Below are positions 28,933-32,000 of a stretch of 32,000 bases of DNA, one piece after another. Source of the stretch: Wolbachia endosymbiont of Cimex lectularius. GTDB taxonomy: Bacteria > Pseudomonadota > Alphaproteobacteria > Rickettsiales > Anaplasmataceae. The notes under the pieces are model-generated. The model worked only from the letters and a program-made list of their open reading frames with translations, was not told where the DNA came from and made no database searches. How positions within the stretch are numbered: the first letter of the stretch is position 1; the number at the start of each line of letters is the position of its first letter. The stretch is from assembly GCF_000829315.1 (NCBI RefSeq), contig NZ_AP013028.1, forward strand, positions 600,001-632,000, read 5' to 3'. A program made the translations under genes and the position numbers.

Positions 28933-30309
28933 TCAAGATGAAATGGAGATATCAGCTCCACACGAATTTAGTTTTTCGTGCATTGCTTCATACCCTCTCC
29001 ATAAATGATGTGAGTTATTTATTGTAGTTTCTCCACTAGCTACCAAAGAAGAAAGCACTAAAGCTGCCGTTGATCTTAAATCAGTAGCATATAGATTAGC
29101 TCCAGACAAGCTTTTTACTCCATTTATAATAGCTTTGCTTTTCTCGATGCTAATATTAGCACCTAACTTTCTTAATTCATCTGCATGCGTAAACCTGCTT
29201 TCAAAAATGTTTTCTTCAATTACCGATATCCCATCAGCGACGCACATTGCAGACATCAGTTGTGGCTGCATATCACTAGGAAAGTTAGGGTATGAATCTG
29301 TTGCAGCGTTAGCAGATTTAATAGAGCCATTTTTTCTGGAAATAACAACACCTTCGCCATGCGGTTCAATCACAGCTCCTATAGCCTCCAATTCATTTGC
29401 AATACATCTTATATCAGATAGATTTATTCCTTCTAACATCAATTTACCACCAGTTATTATGGCAGCTAGTGCGTATGTACCGGCTTCTATGCGATCTGAT
29501 ATTATTTTGTGGACACATCCGTTTAATGTCTCAACTCCTTTTATTGTTATTAGACCTCTTGCAAAATTCCTTGTCATCCCAGTAGTGTAACACTGGGATT
29601 TATCATGGATTCCAGCGTCACGCGCTGGAATGATATCAGAGAGATCTATTTTATTATCATGAATATTAATATCAGCACCCATTTTCCTCAAGAACTCTAT
29701 TAAATCCAGAACCTCTGGCTCTGTTGCAGCATTGTTTATTATTGTTATTCCTTCTGCAAGTGTTGCTGCCATTATTATGTTCTCCGTTGCACCAACACTT
29801 ATTTTTTCGAATGTAATTTCTCTCCCTTGTAGCTTTCCTTTCACCGTTGCAATTATATTACAGCCGTCAATTTCAATTTTAGCCCCCATTTTTTCTAACG
29901 CTTTGATGTGCATGTCAACAGGGCGTTTTCCAATGTTGCACCCACCAGGAAATGCTGTTCTCGCCTTGCCGAATCTGCTAAGCATTGGGCCTAGCATTAA
30001 AAAAGATGCTCGCAGTTTATTTGCAGTTTTATGCGGTATCACATGATTGTTAATATTGCTACAGTTAATTTCTAAAGTATGATTTGCTTTATAGTCTTTA
30101 TTGTACAAAAAGTTTACTTTTGCCCCAAGACTTTCGAGCAGCTCAGACATCAGATGCACATCAATTAGATCAGGCACATTATGCAAAGTTACTGAAGAAC
30201 TACTCAATAGGCTTGCTGCTGCTATTGGTAAAATAGCATTCTTTGAACCATTAACCTTGATTTTCCCAACTAAAGGCTTATGGTTACTCCTTACTAATAT
30301 TTTATGCAT
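28933..30309 (-). CDS. murA: UDP-N-acetylglucosamine 1-carboxyvinyltransferase
   Basis: VNGSKNAILPIAAASLL, PGGCNIGKRPVDMHIKALEKMGA (catalytic Cys) and RAGTYALAAIITGG-like segment DRIEAGTYALAA. Confidence 0.96.
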   Translation of the reverse strand: MHKILVRSNHKPLVGKIKVNGSKNAILPIAAASLLSSSSVTLHNVPDLIDVHLMSELLESLGAKVNFLYNKDYKANHTLEINCSNINNHVIPHKTANKLRASFLMLGPMLSRFGKARTAFPGGCNIGKRPVDMHIKALEKMGAKIEIDGCNIIATVKGKLQGREITFEKISVGATENIIMAATLAEGITIINNAATEPEVLDLIEFLRKMGADINIHDNKIDLSDIIPARDAGIHDKSQCYTTGMTRNFARGLITIKGVETLNGCVHKIISDRIEAGTYALAAIITGGKLMLEGINLSDIRCIANELEAIGAVIEPHGEGVVISRKNGSIKSANAATDSYPNFPSDMQPQLMSAMCVADGISVIEENIFESRFTHADELRKLGANISIEKSKAIINGVKSLSGANLYATDLRSTAALVLSSLVASGETTINNSHHLWRGYEAMHEKLNSCGADISISS

Positions 30310-30422
30310 TTAATCAAACTAGATCCTACCGAATAAGTATAGTGAATTGGCAGTAAAAGGCAAACATAGCCTCTTGATGAGTATAGTACGCCAGCGTCAA
30401 ACGCTTCCCAGTTTTACTTGGC

Positions 30423-30600
30423 TTAAGAAATTTACTAAATAGAGAAAAAAAAGCAAAAGAAGCCCCGGTCAATGTCTATTTTAATAACTTGGCGTTAATG
30501 CTCTATACGCTTGACAAGTAGCTGACCTTGGGGTTGTAAATACCCATAATTTATGATAAGGGAAACGTCAAAACTTGTCAAGCAACTTTTTTGTGAAAAA
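30423..30600 (+). repeat. Dispersed AT-rich repeat unit
   Basis: CTTAAGAAATTTACTAAATAGAGAAAAAAAAGCAAAAGAAGCCCCGGTCAATGTC...TTGGCGTTAATG... resembles 6649-6745. Confidence 0.7.
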
Positions 30601-31036
30601 AATAGAACCGGTTAACTTTTTAACTAATTAAAAAAAAAGACAAAAAAACCCCGCAACGTGAGTTGTTTACTGTTCTCTCAAAAACTTGGCGTCCGGTTCT
30701 CTCTTACACCGCTTAGTAAGCGAGGCTCAGCTAATGTAGACAAAAAATTATAAAGGCATGCAGTGTCCATGCTGCAAAAATTAAACATAACACGCCTTGT
30801 TTTATACTGTGCTTTTGTCACTTAATACAAGATTAAAAATAAATTTTAGACCTAAAACACCCACAACTCTATTGTAAAGGCGCTAGCGAAGGTTGTCAAG
30901 TAGTTTTTTTGTTTCTGTTGAATCCAATACGCTGCCAAGAACTGGTTTGATGTAGTTATGCTAAAAATCTAATAACAAAATTTCTAGCTTTTTTGTTGTG
31001 TAGGGCTTATCATTTTGATTTAACTTTGGTGAGATT

Positions 31037-32000
31037 ATGTCAGACCTTGCAGAAAGAATGTTCCTAATAAAGCCATCACCTACGATTGCTGTAACCGACA
31101 AGGCAAATAGGTTAAAAGGCGAGGGGAAAAACATCTGCGTTTTAGCTGCAGGAGAGCCGGACTTTGACACTCCAGATCATGTAAAAAAAGCAGCTATTCA
31201 AGCAATAAACGAAGGTAAAACTAAGTATACTGCTGTTGATGGGACACGTGAACTTAAAGAGGCAATAATCAATAAGTTAAAAAGGGATAACAATCTCGAA
31301 TATACATTTAATCAAATCTGCGTTGGTACCGGCGCTAAACAGGTGTTGTTTAACTTATTTATGGCAACGATTAACCCTGGAGATGAAGCTATAATTCCGG
31401 CCCCTTATTGGGTCTCATATGTTGATATGGTAAGTCTTTTTGGCGGTCTGCCAATTGTGATAAAGTGCAAGCAAAACTTCAAGCTAACACCAGAATTGTT
31501 AAAAAGCAAAATAACTAAGAAGACTAAGTGGTTGATCCTTAACTCACCGAACAACCCAGCAGGAATTGTGTATACACATGATGAACTGAAAGACATAGCA
31601 CAAGTATTGCTTGAATATCCCCACGTGAACGTTGTTACAGATGATATTTATGAGCATATAATATACGATGAGAAGTTTTTTACTATTGCCCAAGTTGAAC
31701 CGAGGCTTTATGATAGGGTTTTTGTGGTCAATGGGGTATCAAAAGCTTACGCAATGACAGGCTGGAGAATAGGTTATATTGCAGGTAAAAGTGATATAAT
31801 AAAAGCTATTTCTGCACTGCAATCTCAGAGCACCTCTAATCCAAACTCAATAGCACAGGCAGCAGCAGTTGAAGCTTTAAGCGACAATCATGATTTTTTG
31901 AAGGAAAGAACAAGAATTTTCAAGAATCGTAGAGATTTTGTGGTAGAGAAGCTAAGTTCTGCTTCAGGACTATCAGCATCTACTCCGCAAGGTGCGTTTT
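31037..32000 (+). CDS. aspC: Class I PLP aminotransferase, aspartate aminotransferase-like (runs off window end)
   Basis: From ATG 31037: MSDLAERMFLIKPSPTIAVTDKANRLKGEGKNICVLAAGEPDFDTPDHVKKAA...YTAVDGTRELKEAI...NSPNNPAG...NGVSKAYAMTGWRIGYIAG. Confidence 0.93.
   Translation, partial: MSDLAERMFLIKPSPTIAVTDKANRLKGEGKNICVLAAGEPDFDTPDHVKKAAIQAINEGKTKYTAVDGTRELKEAIINKLKRDNNLEYTFNQICVGTGAKQVLFNLFMATINPGDEAIIPAPYWVSYVDMVSLFGGLPIVIKCKQNFKLTPELLKSKITKKTKWLILNSPNNPAGIVYTHDELKDIAQVLLEYPHVNVVTDDIYEHIIYDEKFFTIAQVEPRLYDRVFVVNGVSKAYAMTGWRIGYIAGKSDIIKAISALQSQSTSNPNSIAQAAAVEALSDNHDFLKERTRIFKNRRDFVVEKLSSASGLSASTPQGAF

Noticed and set aside
28933-30309. Possible fosfomycin-resistant MurA variant
   Set aside because: The catalytic Cys is retained in PGGCNIGKRPVDMH, so there is no evidence for the Cys-to-Asp change.
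29135-30313. Plus-strand ORFs of 151, 62, 104 and 70 aa inside murA
   Set aside because: Antisense to a clear, uninterrupted murA; no recognisable domains.

Overview
The window looks like a chromosomal segment of Wolbachia (Anaplasmataceae). This is inferred from gene content, AT-richness, a 23S rRNA gene with no 16S gene immediately upstream, and the repeat/IS load. The backbone is conventional. It holds the 5' part of 23S rRNA (-), a TPR-methyltransferase, nrdA and ruvX. A phospholipid/transport cluster follows on the minus strand (psd-pssA-two AGCS symporters-plsY), then recA, pth, rplY, pyrC, a SurA/parvulin-like protein, mnmE, tRNA-Ser(TGA), rplU, rpmA, tRNA-Ile(GAT), a truncated metK, thyX, murA and a class I aminotransferase running off the end. 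The most interesting loci are: (1) 4609-6210, a predicted secreted effector with a clan-CE (Ulp1-like) cysteine protease core (H99-D119-Q154-C160), a long coiled coil and a C-terminal hydrophobic hairpin; (2) 20688-~22030, an NLR/STAND-like gene (possible PD-(D/E)XK/DUF4297-like N-terminus plus NB-ARC-type P-loop NTPase), frameshifted and then cut by an IS5-family element; (3) an accessory island (~20.54-25.73 kb) between tRNA-Ser and rplU, flanked by imperfect ~45 bp direct repeats and containing the NLR remnant, one full and one partial IS copy, a possible group II intron domain V remnant, an in-frame transposase/cysteine-desulfurase chimera and a beheaded ankyrin gene; (4) metK truncated next to an IS copy; (5) a small tandem-repeat coiled-coil/TM locus interrupted by one in-frame stop; (6) a dispersed repeat family, including a ~135 bp-arm inverted repeat. 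No CRISPR array was seen.
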